Shown here in pieces: positions 39,464 to 52,900 of a DNA stretch of 64,000 nt. Each line of letters opens with the position of its first letter. Position 1 is the first letter of the stretch. Under the pieces are notes generated by a model. That model saw only the letters and a list, made by a program, of their open reading frames with translations, searched no databases and was not told the DNA's origin. A program made the translations under genes and the position numbers. Origin of the DNA: Phoronis australis (taxonomy: Eukaryota; Animalia; Phoronida); contig NMRA01000675.1 in assembly GCA_002633005.1 (NCBI GenBank), forward strand, positions 54,980-118,979. The letters run 5' to 3'.

Positions 39464-39770
39464 CATGACTACAGATTTAGGGGTGGAGGAGGGGGCATGC
39501 CCCCCCCTAAAATTGTATCAGATCCCATTTTTGAGTTTGAGTACGAATTGCTGACTAGCACACGTGCGCAACCAGGGCGGGTCTTGGGGGGTAACAACGC
39601 NATAGGCGCTGAATGAACCCCGTTACCGTTTTTTTTAGTCAACAGGTCCGCAAACCCAAGAATTCAAGACCCCTGCATCCCCAGAGTTTAGGCTGGGCGC
39701 GCGTATCTGCCGAAATGCTGCTTATTCCTGTGCTCTGCCCCCCTCACTGAAAAACCTGGATCCGCCCCTG
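39464..39770 (-). mobile_element. Long form of the CAGGGGCGGATCC MITE (reverse orientation)
   Basis: Ends in cctggatccgcccctg; interior is the reverse complement of the 48152-48469 copy. Confidence 0.7.
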
Positions 39771-42040
39771 CTACGGGTTGAAACATTATAATTTTTCTTT
39801 CCGAAAAAGGACTGGGCCCTCAATCCCTCAAATTTGGGGCCCAATATCGGCCCTATTCCCCTCTCAAACATATTGAAATATCACGCCTAATTCCCCCCAC
39901 GAGGCATAAAAATTCCCCTAGTGAAAAATCTCTCTGAGTTCACATCACCTGTAACCACACAGGTGACAATTTTTAAGAGCACAAAAGGCTACTTTAAACT
40001 GAGACAGAGCCTATGAGAGCTTGCAACAGGGCGGGGGTCCTATTGATGGTGATCGGGAGGTAGATTGTTCCCGCCCTCACTCGGCGAAAAATCGCCTCTT
40101 AGTAGGCACTGGAACCGTTCCCCTCGGATGAAAGAGGCTTCTGCAGAAACATAACTATGATTGCATTGTCCAGTTAACTGAAATTGAGTTCTAAAACGAC
40201 GTTATGTTTTGGACGAACGAATTAGGTGTTTTAATTTTAAAATTCAACTTGGTCCAGATTAATATTTGAAATCTAACACATGAAATAGACGTAAGAATTA
40301 TTACAACCAAGAAAGCATTGATGGTCAAATAATTTTTATTTTCAATTACGAGCCTGGTTTTTTATTTTAATGAAAATATATTTAAGAACATCAATTATTC
40401 TTTCAGACCAATGACAAATCAACTGNAATACCTAATCAGTAACACTACGATCGCCGCAATTTGGTCATATTTACTTTTTATGTTTCGAACCTAGTTTTCC
40501 GAAAAAATTAAACCCTTTCGTCAGACAACTCTTTGGCGCCTTAACTTGTTCTCTAATGTAATTTTCTACGTCTCTGTGGTTAATTGTCAACACATCATTA
40601 AAATTTAATATCCAGGTTGGACTCGAAAGACCGGCTATTTAACTCACGCAATGTCTACTTTCGCTTTGTTTATCGCAGTGAGCCTCGCTTTGGATCTTAA
40701 TGGCCGCCGCGTGAATAGGGTCTATACCCGTGTTCTGGTTCCAAGGTCGTTTTTTGACACAGTTTCGGGAAAAGTTCATTTTAATACGGTCATTTCCTGA
40801 AGATTTGTTGGAAAGATATGATCCCGAAATCCTTGGCCTATAGAGCTGTATCAAAATTCCTTGTTGAAACACGGTCACTGGTCCAGCTTCTGTAGGGCGG
40901 CTGGGAAAATGAACGCGTGTCCCAAAAATGCACACACTTCAACCCCTCAGTGCAGTTCAAGTTCTTTTCCCGTCAATCACTGTGCGCGGATTCTACTGCA
41001 TGACTACACCTTATTTTTAACGTGGGTGCGCCACTGAGTCACAACGTGTCCAGCCTTTGCAGTGTGCACGGGAATGGCAAGCAAACGATTCGGTCTAGAA
41101 GAACCTAAATTCATTGCACAATACTGGGAACTTCAAGCATCAAGGAAGTGCAAAGACCATCTTTCCAAATTTATGAGCAATGTCTTGAACTTCTTTTTTG
41201 ATCTACGGTTTGTAAAATTTTGAATTTCATTAGTCTAGTTTTTAATTCAATAAAGCATTTAGAGCTGCCCCACATTCAAGAAATACCCCTGTTATCGTTT
41301 AGGGTCCTTCTTTGCGATATGGTGGTCAGATGATGGATCGAATTTTTGCCTTCAGGCTTCAACTAAGTTCAGTGACGCATCGCCATTTCTTAAAAGACAG
41401 CTTCTGTGCTGTGCACGAATGTTTTGTGTTTTTGATGAATTTGGAATCTCAACTTCCCCTCATGAGTAGTTGGTAGTGTCATGCCGGAGGTTTACAGAAG
41501 GCGCAGTACTGAAAAAAGTGAGGGCTAAAGCCCCCTCAGCCCCCCTGTAGTGCACCGCCTATGGACCACTGGAAAACTTGGACTGAATTAATACGCTCCG
41601 AAAAACTTTTGCTTTACAAATTTTCTCGAATTTTCGAAATACATGTATGAATGATTAAGTGCACATTTTCAAGGGCACTTAGACGACCTATGCTGCAAAA
41701 ACGGAGACCCAACAATTGTCCTGGCCAGGGCCCTCAAATGGTAAGCCATACACTGATACCGAGTTGTCAATGTTCTCTTGAATTTTCGCTCTGATCAGTA
41801 TTCGAAGTCTTTCTTTTTTGTCTTTCCCCAGCCCCACACCTTTGTCGGTTGCCATGGTTTGACCCTGAGGCATGCAATTTTTTTGGGGTGGCACTCGCCC
41901 TCCCCCCGCTTACTAAGGTCCTGATGCAAGGAGTCCATCGTTGGTCCAAGGTCAATGTTGTGTTTCAACACGCATTCGTTGTATAGCTTGAGCATTGAAT
42001 TAAAGGTTTAAGAAATACAGTATCAGTTTTGCGCGTTTAA

Positions 42041-43338
42041 AGGCGAAGGCAACCTTTTTTCATGTCATTTTTAGCAAAAATAAGGTTCGTTTATTATCCC
42101 AGACATATTTTTCACTTATTTACTGCTTTTCGTAATTTAATTGATTACTCGTTGTCTACTCCGGAAGTGACGTTTTGGAAGGCAAGAATTTCGCGCCAAT
42201 TTCTTTTCATATAGTCTGACTGTGAGAGCAGTCGAGTCAGTCATTGTTCTACCTCGGTTGTGATAAGTTCGGTCGTCGTTTGCTTTTGCTTAGGAGTCAG
42301 TCAACATGCCACGCTGTTGCTGCGTACTGGGGTGTACTCATTATTGTCTCACGTACAGAGTAAGAACTGTCCCACTTGCCCGAGTGTCCCGCGACACACT
42401 CCCACTGAAGAGTAATCTGAGCACCCAAATTGCTTGCATCCCTCCGTGTGACTCCCTCGCCACACACCTGGCACCTTCCAAATAGCTCCAATACAAGTCC
42501 ACAATAAACTTATCAAACTTAGGCTCACCGATCTGTTCATTGGATGACGAACTGTCCTCTTCACTGGGTGTAGAACTGGGCCTGTATTCACTCCCACTAC
42601 TCAACATCGCTGCAGGACTGCTTACACGCTCTGGGCTCAGAGACAACAGCACAGGGCGAATCACTGCTAGTTTCCGAAATTGCACGCAATGGGGTACGTT
42701 CGGAGGCACGGGTGACAGCAGATGAAGTGCCTCCAGTCAGTGTATATAGTGGCCACAGCTCCCGAGGCTTCTCGCTTCAAAAACGCAATTCTCGGGGTTG
42801 GCGACGGAGCACTGCCGGGAATCGACAGCGACGGTAAGGTACCCTTCTTAAGGCGTTGTTTTGCAGGGACCTTCATGAATTCAGCGTGCATATCTGTCAT
42901 AATCTGACGGCAGAAAATGCTTGCCACACACTCGGTAACCCTCCACTGCTTTGCACGTTGCGTGGACGGGTAACGCTGCGTTCTTCACATGAACGAGCTA
43001 GCCAAGTACGCGAAGTGTGTCATCCTTCGGAAAGCGACGCAAGGTACCCAAAGCGCGTGTGAGACGTGGCATGTTGACTGACTTGTAAACAAAAGCAAAC
43101 GACGACCTAACTGATCACAACCGAGGTAGAACAATGACTCACTCGACAGCTCTCACAGTCAGACTATAATGAAAAGAAATTGGCGCGAAACTCTTGCCTC
43201 CCCAAACGTCACTTCCGGAGTAGATGACGAGAAATTAATCAAATTACGAAAAGTTGCAATTAAGTGAAAAATGTGTCTGGGATAATCAACGAACCTTATT
43301 TGTGCTAAAAGTGACATGAAAAAAGGTTGCTTTCACCT
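42041..43338. mobile_element. Kolobok-type DNA transposon (internally deleted and rearranged) with about 270-bp TIRs
   Basis: TTAA on both sides, AG...CT termini, TIRs at 42041-42313 and 43065-43338; interior has THAP motifs (FPKD, RLKKGTLPSL) and CQVCG...WECVAGH..KWDSS. Confidence 0.85.
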
Positions 43339-45000
43339 TTAATTGTGCGTGTAAAAGGGTTTATAGATTCGTACTGAATTTGTTGCTGCAACTTGTCTCA
43401 TGGGCCTGTATCCGGCACGTGACCACAAATGTGGACACTAATTCGGCTATTGCGCAAGTCGACTGTAGCAAGGTGGCCAGTGAAAATGTAAGGCAGTGAC
43501 AACTCGCATTTCTAGTCTCTTATTATGAAAACCATTGAAGGCAATTACCAGCACCTGCAAACAAGAATTTGGAAGTATGGAGAATTTCAACAGGAGTTAG
43601 TTGTATACTTAGTCGCGAAGCTACCGACATTCCAGCCACGGTTACTGCCGGTCCTTTGAAGCAATTATAGCACATATATACGAATTTTTAAGAATGGCAA
43701 GGGTGCGTTTTGTGTTGACGGAAATGTCCATGGCGTCAAGGAATTTGAGGCATTTAATGATGAACAACACCTAGCAAAACTAACTTCCAAGTATGCATAC
43801 TGTGGCGGAATTAAGAAATACGATTATGGCAGTGCTAACTGTAGCAGAACCACAAAGTGTGCTAAAATGGTAGAAAATTAGGCATAACATTTTTGTAGCC
43901 TGAGCAGATAAAAGGTTGATTGGCGCAAGAGAAGGCCGATGTCTTCAATGCTCAGAAAAATTTCGGCAGGCAAGAGACTTGCCAAGAAAACGACACAGTT
44001 GAGTCCGGGCATTCTAAAGGAAGAACTGCAGCCAATTCCAATTATTCGGTGCAACTTCTCTCCCGACAGTGTTGTTTCACGATACCGCAACCTCAAACAG
44101 CGTCAAAAGAAACGAAACGCGGAGGATGAGATATTACAGAGTATTAATATTTATTCTTGGATACAGGTGTCCACCTCAAAATTAATTTCCCACGGCCATT
44201 CTTTATGCCAATAGCAATGTTTTCGTCAACTGAAGAACAGGAATCATGACATCCCGCACGCTCCGTCTATGGTTCTGACACTTCAAACTTTTGTCAACAC
44301 GACATGTAGCCGCAGAAAGTTTGATGTTGACCTCATTCTAATCTCTGCAATCCACTGTCAGGGGACGAAAACAATTCAAAGTCCGCTCCTCGAAATAGGG
44401 CTTGCTTAGCTGGAATTCAGAACTGCGGTCATGAGAGTGTTTTCACCTCCTGATTGCGAAGCGATCGAGTGGTATCTTCATCAGCGCGTGCTCTCAGTGG
44501 GAGGTCACCGCTTTATCCACTCAAGCGCTCGACCAACAACTGACGAGAGTCTCAGAACTCCCACATGCAAATTTGATATGCAAATGAGGGAGTACTTGAC
44601 TACTGCGCCATCTATACATCGACGGAAAAGCTTAAATACCCGTGACTGCGTGTGGGAAGTTGCGATTGAGTGCTCTGAAGTCGATATTTTTAAAGTACAA
44701 TTACACCACTGTTTAAGGTTGCAAAGTGAGTTTTTTGATATCCTTCTATAGAAAAAGCTTTAATCTCTCTGATAAAATCATCTGTTTCCTTTTAAACGAA
44801 ACTTAAGTCCTGAAATTAGACCGGGGAAGGAGGCCAAAAACGGCGGCTTAGCTAGTTGTCCCTTCCTGGTTATCTCTTCCTGCTGCTACTGATTTATAGA
44901 AAATTTGAACGTATACCGTAGCCTATGAAGTTCCGTAGGCCAACTTACCGAGGTCGGTAGTGCGCCAAGTTTGGAGTCTGTTCGGTGATAAATTGTACTT

Positions 45001-45084
45001 GTTCTTCCGAGAAATTCAGACAAACAGACAGGAGAGCATAAGGTTCTTCCGAGAAATTCAGACAAACAGACAGGAGAGCATAAG
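45001..45084. repeat. Near-perfect 42-bp direct duplication
   Basis: gttcttccgagaaattcagacaaacagacaggagagcataag twice in tandem. Confidence 0.9.
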
Positions 45085-45213
45085 CCCGTGTTGTAATTTT
45101 TAGTTAAGATTTTTTCAGATCTCAGCACAAAATTCTCGTTATAACGCAGTGGCAAGTTGGAACCCGATCAGGCCCGTCCCGGCCGGACTGGAGACATTAC
45201 GAACATAAACCAA

Positions 45214-45370
45214 CCGGGCGTGCGTTCAGTAGACGCTAGGACCTACGCTAGGAACTAGCCAAAAGCTAGTCAAGGTCACGTGCTCTTATTTAAAATACAC
45301 GGCAATATCTCGCGTAATCTCGTAGTCTTGCTTTTAAGCTAGGTCCTAGCGTTACTGAACGGGAGGCGGG
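45214..45370. mobile_element. Second copy of the 7045 MITE
   Basis: ggcgtgcgttcagtagacgctaggacct...agcgttactgaacgggaggc, nearly identical ends. Confidence 0.75.
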
Positions 45371-46931
45371 TTAGTCGGCTGCGCAAGTTGAAAACTAAAC
45401 TTCCAGTCACGAAAAGAATAGACTAATGAACCAAACAAATATTGTGCACGTGAATGCTTGGTGAATGCGTCGCGAAATCGCAAATCTACGCACTTGCGGA
45501 TTGTCGGAGGCCGCGCCAAGCCAGGTTCCCCCTCACCCGAACAGTACTGTACTTACAGGGAAAACAACAGCTTTCTGTCAGCTAACACTGAATTAGCATG
45601 CGCCCACACGGCGTCAATTTGCATCTGAAGTCGGTAACGCAGTACGGCTTATTCATTGTTGATTCCACGATAACTCCTAAGGCATTACAAATTGCATCTA
45701 CTGAGACAGACTTTGACACTTTGTTTCAGTTTAAAATAAAGATTGGTTAGGGTGAGAATAATTCATTTTGATACAGGATAATTCGGCCATAGACACGGAG
45801 TGTAGGTGCATGCAAGTCAAACAACCAGTTGCACGGGACGTTTTGGAGCTTTATTTCGCAACGCATTACATTTGACATCCGTGGAACTGGAAGACGCAAC
45901 ATATCCAGTGACAGTTCACGGACACATAATTCGCAAAGTGGAACGTGTTAAAGGCAAATTTCAAGCAAAACGGCAAATGACAATAGATGTTACCTTAATG
46001 ATGTCTTGAGACTCGCGCAGTGACTAGAACACATCTGACCAGTGTGACAATATTCGCAAGAGTGCCTGAACATGCCGTATAACCCGGGCTCGCTCTCAGT
46101 GACCCCAGCGCACTCGGTCATTCATAAACAAAAAAGAATTCACAAACTCATAGCACAGTGCGCAGTAGGCGGAGCTAACTTCGTTCACACGGAGATACGT
46201 GAATTTCACGGCCTCATACTTGATATTAACGGCGTACTTTTCGTTCTTTACTGTCGGGAACCATTTCCAAAGCATTTTGGGTTCTCGAGGAACTCGAGAA
46301 AAGAGATATAACCGCTTTCCTCCCAGCTTCATGGTTCACGCAAGCGACAACAATACGCCACACAACTGCGGCACACACTCGGCTGAAGAACCACTGACGT
46401 CGCTGCGTTGTGTACCCACCTTCCTCACAGGTTAACGCGACACCTTTCGGGGAGGTGAGATCGACTGTGTACGAAGTGATGTGGATATATACCGAATAAG
46501 ACGGTAAAAAATAATTAATCGGGTGGCATTCTCCTTTAAGGGTTGGTTTACTGATTACAGGGAATCTGTAAGCGCTGACATGTATGGTTTTGTAGTATGA
46601 AAAATTTTTAGTGGACAAGAAATTGTGATACCACGGTTCAACCAAAAATTGAATCGCACGTTTCTTCCTCGAGCTTAATGTAACGTTTTAGACTGCTTTC
46701 GCGTGAACAAATCTATAAAAATCGCGTAACAATTTAGTCAAAATTACGTAGTGAAAAGAAGAGAAAACCCGTTCCACGCTTAAGAATGGGAACTGACGAG
46801 GTAGATACCTTATTAAACCTTAAAAGTATTAGGGCTAATTTCATCCTAACTTGAATGCTATTAATAGAAAGGCTTGATGAATATATAAAATATAAAAGCG
46901 GTCTACACTATCACTGTTTTCATTTACAGAA

Positions 46932-46980
46932 ATGGCCATTTTCTTGACACCGGCCATCGCAATCTTCTGTTTAATCGAAG
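46932..46980 (+). CDS. Gene C signal-peptide exon
   Basis: MAIFLTPAIAIFCLIE then G|GTGAGT (phase 1); completes as ...EGVSG with the next exon; ttacag acceptor 2 nt before the ATG; absent from the ORF track. Confidence 0.8.
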
Positions 46981-49900
46981 GTGAGTCGTCAGTGCCAGGA
47001 TGGTGTGCTGTAGGCCTAACCTCCAGTGGCAAACTCAAAACTTTTAGGTTCGTGTGACCTTATGCTTACGTATACGTGGGTGTTTGTCTCAGATGTCCAT
47101 GCGCAACGATAAGGGATTTTGAAAAATATGGAGATGTCGCCATTTGCATTTTTAATCTACCGGTGAACTCATGAACTAAAACATTCACTTGGCTTCTTGG
47201 CTGGCATTCAGGTCACCAAAACTAAGACAAGAAGAAGATGGCCGACGATTTGATTCGTTGTTATTCGAAAAGGTGACAAGAGGCAAAATATAACTGGTAA
47301 GAACACTTGCGGTTTTCTGAACGTGCCAAGGGAATTTCATTTGGTTGGTACTAAAACACTGATAAAAATTTTTCCTCCCATTCTTTTGGTTTAAATCCTT
47401 TTCACCAAGTGGTAAAAAGTCCTCCGGTGGACCTTCAGCTCAGTTTAAGAGCTGATTATTGGCTAGGACGAAGGTGACGTTTATTAGTTTGTTTTTTACT
47501 TTAAAGGCTGTACCGGCAAATATCTTTTGACTCACAAATTTTGCATGAACCCCGCCATACGTTAGCTCCAAATATTGATACAAAGTTCACGACGCTTTGA
47601 CCAGTAGAACTAAGCGGCAGTGTGAATTATCGAGGTCTATGTTAGCACACAGTTGTTCCTAGATGTATTTTGACATTAGTATTCATACATCTCGCTGACT
47701 TACTATTTGAAGACTAACATCAGCTAGGAACCACTTAGCCAATGCCTAGCTCTTAATCAGAGCTGAAGATGAAGTCCACCGGAGGGCTTTCCACCACTTG
47801 GTGTGTTAGCACCAGCTATATCAAATTCCCTTGACAGCTTTAGAAACCCTCAAACGGTCTTACCCATTATACTTCGCATCTCTTTATCTTTCTCTAACAA
47901 CGACGAATCAAATCGTCTGCCATCTTGGGATCTCAGTTTTGACCTTGTATTTCCTAATAAATTGATAACTACTAACGTTCAAGATTATTTACTAAAGCCT
48001 AGTAGAATGATCTCACTTACAAATTACATAATCAATGGCCTGACCATGCTTGTCAATCAAGTGCTATTTGCTGGTAAACAATCAAATAAAACTCATGAAA
48101 TTGAAACTAGTGTCATTCAATTCCTACTGGGACTCACTAATTTATAAGAGTCAAGGTCGGATCCAGGATTTTGAGTTGGGGGGGGGGTTAGGGGGCAGGG
48201 CAAAAGAATAACCAGAATTTCGCCACACGCGCGCGCCCAGCCGAAAATGTAGGAATTCTGGGGTCTCGAAATTTTGGTTATGTGGACCATGTTCCTAAAA
48301 AAACGGTAAACGAGGTTTGTTCAAGGCCTATGCATTGTGCATTTGCCCCCTGAGTCCCCTTGTGCGCACGCATACGCTAGTCAGCAATTCGCACCCCGAA
48401 CTGCCAAATTGGTATCTGGGAGAATTTTAGGGGGGCCATGGCCCCCTTAGCCCCCAAAATCCGCCTCTGTGAGTGGTATTGTTTATGGAAAACGAATTGT
48501 TTTTTACGTGTCTGTGAAAACCAACTAAACCCTGTGTGTGGTTTGCTAAACTTACACGCAGGGCCATTTCCACTAAATACCGTTAGTTATAGCTACAGTA
48601 TAATTCCCTCTATAGAGTGAATCTTGTCAAACAACTGAAACGTATGACATTCGGCACAAGGTGATATGAAGTACCATTTACCACGATGGAACTTTTGGCG
48701 AAAATAACGAAAGTGCCAAATGTAAGTTTGTTCTCATTCACGCTGTGTCCTTTCGCCCAGAGACCTATGCCATTCAGCTTTTAATCAAATTGCTGTTTTT
48801 AATGATTCAAACAATGTTAACTGTCGTCACCTAGCTCGCAGACAGTTTAAAGATACGGCTGGAAAAAGTTCTGGTTGGATCTGTTTCACAGAAAAAATCC
48901 TAAAATTTTTATTCATTTACTATTGTTTGACAACTGTACTATTATACGGGGTGCACAAATTTAAAACTTCATATTACATAATCACACGGTGACTTCATGT
49001 GTCAAACCAATTACGTCAGAAGATTCCCGCCCTGGCTGGGGTTTGAGCAGGGGCGACCTGCATTCTGTGTTGCCGCCATGCGCCACTGATCCATTTGAAC
49101 CATCAGCCAGACACAGAAATACACCCATGAGTGTATGAGTCGATTTGAGTCCGGGATGGAACATACATCTTTTTGGACTTGTAAATATTTGGCCACCGGA
49201 TGCAACCTTGCGACTCTGATGTGATATACACTTTATGCACATAAGTAGATCGAGAGGCGGTGATGAACTCTTGTATCAAACTGTTATACAACGCTTTTTA
49301 ATGCTGTTTTTCGCCCTGATTATGACTGTCTTCAAGATATAATCGCATTAAACCCTTTACACGTATTTTCTTAAACTAGGTCTCTTTGATATCCCTGTAG
49401 GAATACGGTACCATTCCCATTACCACCTCAAGCCGCAAGCAGTGTACATACCGCATTGACAAATTTGCAACAATATGATTGGTCAACCTCAAAAAGCCGC
49501 GATGCGTTTTCTGGGGTTGCTGATGGTTTTGATGTTCTTTTTTAGTAACGGAACACAGCTGAACACAGCTGAACACAACGAAACGAAGTTTCAAGCCTGC
49601 TTTCTAATTTGCTTTTTAGTAAAAATGATTGATGGAAAAATATAAAACATTGTTTTACCATTATTTCATTAAAAACAGTAAATCGATCGAGCTCCCCGAG
49701 TTGATTATTCTTGGCAACATCACTTTAACAATTATAGTATAACAATAATGATATTTAGTGCTGTAAGTGAATGGTTAGTATACAAGAAGCCCATGTAGAC
49801 TGTTACGTCATGTAATTAGTAAAATCTTGTTGTGGTGCATGTTTTGAACGATTGGTGGCAAACCTAATAAACGGCATCACTTTGAAGTGCTCACAAATTG

Positions 49901-52900
49901 TTGACTTGCATATTCCGTTCCCAAAGCATATGCTTAGTAAAACATCAATTTTCAAGATCAGGAATAGTCCGAATTCTTGCTATTTGACACCTGATCTCTC
50001 GAGACTTTCTTAGTGTCGCGTGGAGAAGCTCTGATACAGCGTGTGACAAGGATAAAGGTACCAAAATGTTGTTAGCGAGCAAAACGAAGGCCAGTATTTT
50101 TTTCGCTCCACTAACATAATCGCATAACTTTTTGCTGAGATTTTTATCTATGCTATTTCAGGCGTCTCGGGTACATGCACCATTGACGCTCCTCAGCCTG
50201 GCTTCCACTACACCCTCGACAAAGTGGGAGCTCAGCCAGATGACGTCACTGTCACTCTGACTTGTCACCTTGGGTACCACTTTTTCGAGGGAATGACTGA
50301 CAAAGGGCAGGCAACGCAGTTCAATTGCGAGGTTAATATAGTTGGCGGGCAACAAACTTTTGCATTCCCAGCCAAAAAAGCTTGTGTACGTAAGTATGCA
50401 ATACAAAAACATGAATCCACAGGTGATTGATTTCGATGTGATACGAGCTTAAACTCTTCAAACAGCTGTTTTTGCATTGTATAATGTAGGTCAACTTCTT
50501 CTTTCATTATAAAAATTTTGATTTGATTGGCAGGGTTTTGTCCTATTTAGTAATTTTCTGACGTAAGATTCCACTTTTCGCTATTTTTAGCAACTTCTCA
50601 CCTGAGTTAAAATCATGGCTGAGAACAGCTTTATGGTGAAGAGTGATCGAAATCACAATGTAGTTTCTTTGACAGAACGTGCTGGGAGTATAGCTGCTTT
50701 ATAGAAAACTTGTTCTTCAGAAATACACTGCAAGCTGGCTAATACAGATTCGAGGAACGCCAAGCTAGTGACTACGAAGCAAGGCGGAGGGCAATACACA
50801 AACGCCGATCAAATACCATTGCGTACCCGTCTCACGTGGGCTTGCCTGACCGGTTGGAAAGTGGCCAGAGACAGCAGCAAGGACTCATTCTCAGCCACGT
50901 GTCACGTGAGAGAAGCGGGAAAAGATTACGAGTGGAACCGCCAAGATAACGGTATTGGGTGTACTGAAAGTAAGTGACACATAATACATATCAGGAGATG
51001 TTACGAGATGTACCGAGATTATAAGAGAAATCATAACCATTTCCAATTTCTGTCCCGACTCAGTGAAAAGGAACGCACACATTTCCTTATTTTTTCTCAA
51101 ACCATGCGTACGTTTCAGTATTGAAAATGTTGTTTATACAATTACAGCTGAATCTCACCCTGTTTACCTAGCTAGATATTAAAACACAAACGTTGCGTCG
51201 GAACAAAATCTTATTGGGGTTGGCTAAATCTGAAATACGAAGAATTATTGCATTTTTACCGCCAGAGCGCCAGAAAAGCGATATGCCGTAATATCAAAAG
51301 CCCTAGGCTCCAATCCCTCAGGTACTCTGGGCTGATCTACAGTGTATTGTTTGAGTTGGCAATGCTCTTGATTAAGCGAGATATTATCAACAACTAATTT
51401 GCAAAAGCTTTAAATATAAAATTTCGAAAACAGAACCTGCACGGTATTTTCAGCAAGAAAATATACATGACTTAACTACAATCTTTAACTCACTTACAGG
51501 GACACGGATTATAAGTACCAAGTTTATGTCCGCTAGTTATTAAGTAGGGAAAACTGGTTCTCAAAGTGCTCGACTATTTGCGGCTACCAAAATAACCGAG
51601 ATACTCCTGACTGCCAATTAACTCACGATTCTCATTAAAGCCATTTTCCTATAACGTCATCTCTTTTATAATTACACAAAAAGATGCTTGGGAAACAGGT
51701 TGCCCGTCCTTCTTTTATTGAATACGTGGCGTCTTTAAATTTTGTTCCATCAGTGCTATTGCAGTATTGGGTATATAATTGCCATTGTTTCAATCCCACT
51801 GACATCGAATTAGAGACCTGCTTCCAAAACACTAGATTCGACCGCCCGTAGTATTACAAGTAGTGAAATTAAATTTAACGTAACAAATTCGTTCATTCAC
51901 AGAAATACATTGCACACTGGCTTCTCTGACAAGTCTTGACAACTCGCTTATGATTACGAAAAAATCTGACGGTACGCCGTATGGAAGAAACGAGATGATC
52001 TTCAAGGGTACAGCGATTGAGTACACTTGCAAGCAAGGGTGGCAGGTTACGGACGGATTCGGCATGAAGCGAGACGGCTTTATGGCTACCTGTGGCGAAC
52101 CGGATGTGAAACATCGAGCGTACGTGTGGAAGCGTACAGACGATTCACAGGGCTGCGCTCAGAGTGAGTTTCATGAAAACATAGTATGCTTTTCATCATC
52201 ATGTACCAGCTGGTCTGCTAAAATTTGAAAACGTTTCGGGCCAATTACCGCATGCAAAATAACACCTTTAACATAATGTAAACCCTCACAGGAACAGAGT
52301 GGTAGAATTGTCCGCTCGTACGTGAAATGTTTCCGTTTTTATATTTGCAAGAACACCTTAAAGCCTCTTTTTGTATATATGTGCGGCCTCCGAACCTTGT
52401 AGAAACTTTAACATGTAGACTTAATAAATAGCAATCATTTCAATAATCTTAATAACTTCCGAGACTTTCAATATTTAACAACAGTGACCTCTCATTTTCA
52501 GCATTTTAAAACACGCAATATTGCAATATTACGTAATAGACATTGATCTCTTGATTTCAATATCTTCTCGAAGACAAAGGAAAAACCAGCCTTACGTCCC
52601 ACATCAGCACCTCTGTGTCATTCAGCTGTGGTTACAGTTTTCGTGTTCAAGTAGGGACATTTGAGGATTAGTTTTGATCAAAGTGGCTTGCTTGAACTTG
52701 TGCTTTTCTTAAAAGATTTTAACTTAAGCTGAAAAGTATCTCGTATGATATGTTTTTGTGTTTGAACCACGCACTACTACAACGCCCGGACAAACTCTGT
52801 ACTTGCAAAAGGATAACGTCCGCCCATCTGCTTCCTTCGTGATATTCTCTTATACGCTTTTTCTTTCAAAGGATTGTGCAAGCTAACCATACCGCCACTT

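Noticed and set aside
46714-46929. Promoter and 5' UTR exon of gene C
   Set aside because: Two competing TATA-like sites (46714 and about 46891) and a possible donor at 46801 cannot be distinguished from sequence alone.
48643-48727. Possible extra exon with a gtaagt donor in the first coding intron of gene C
   Set aside because: No convincing acceptor or Cys pattern, and the signal peptide already joins cleanly from 46980 to 50162.
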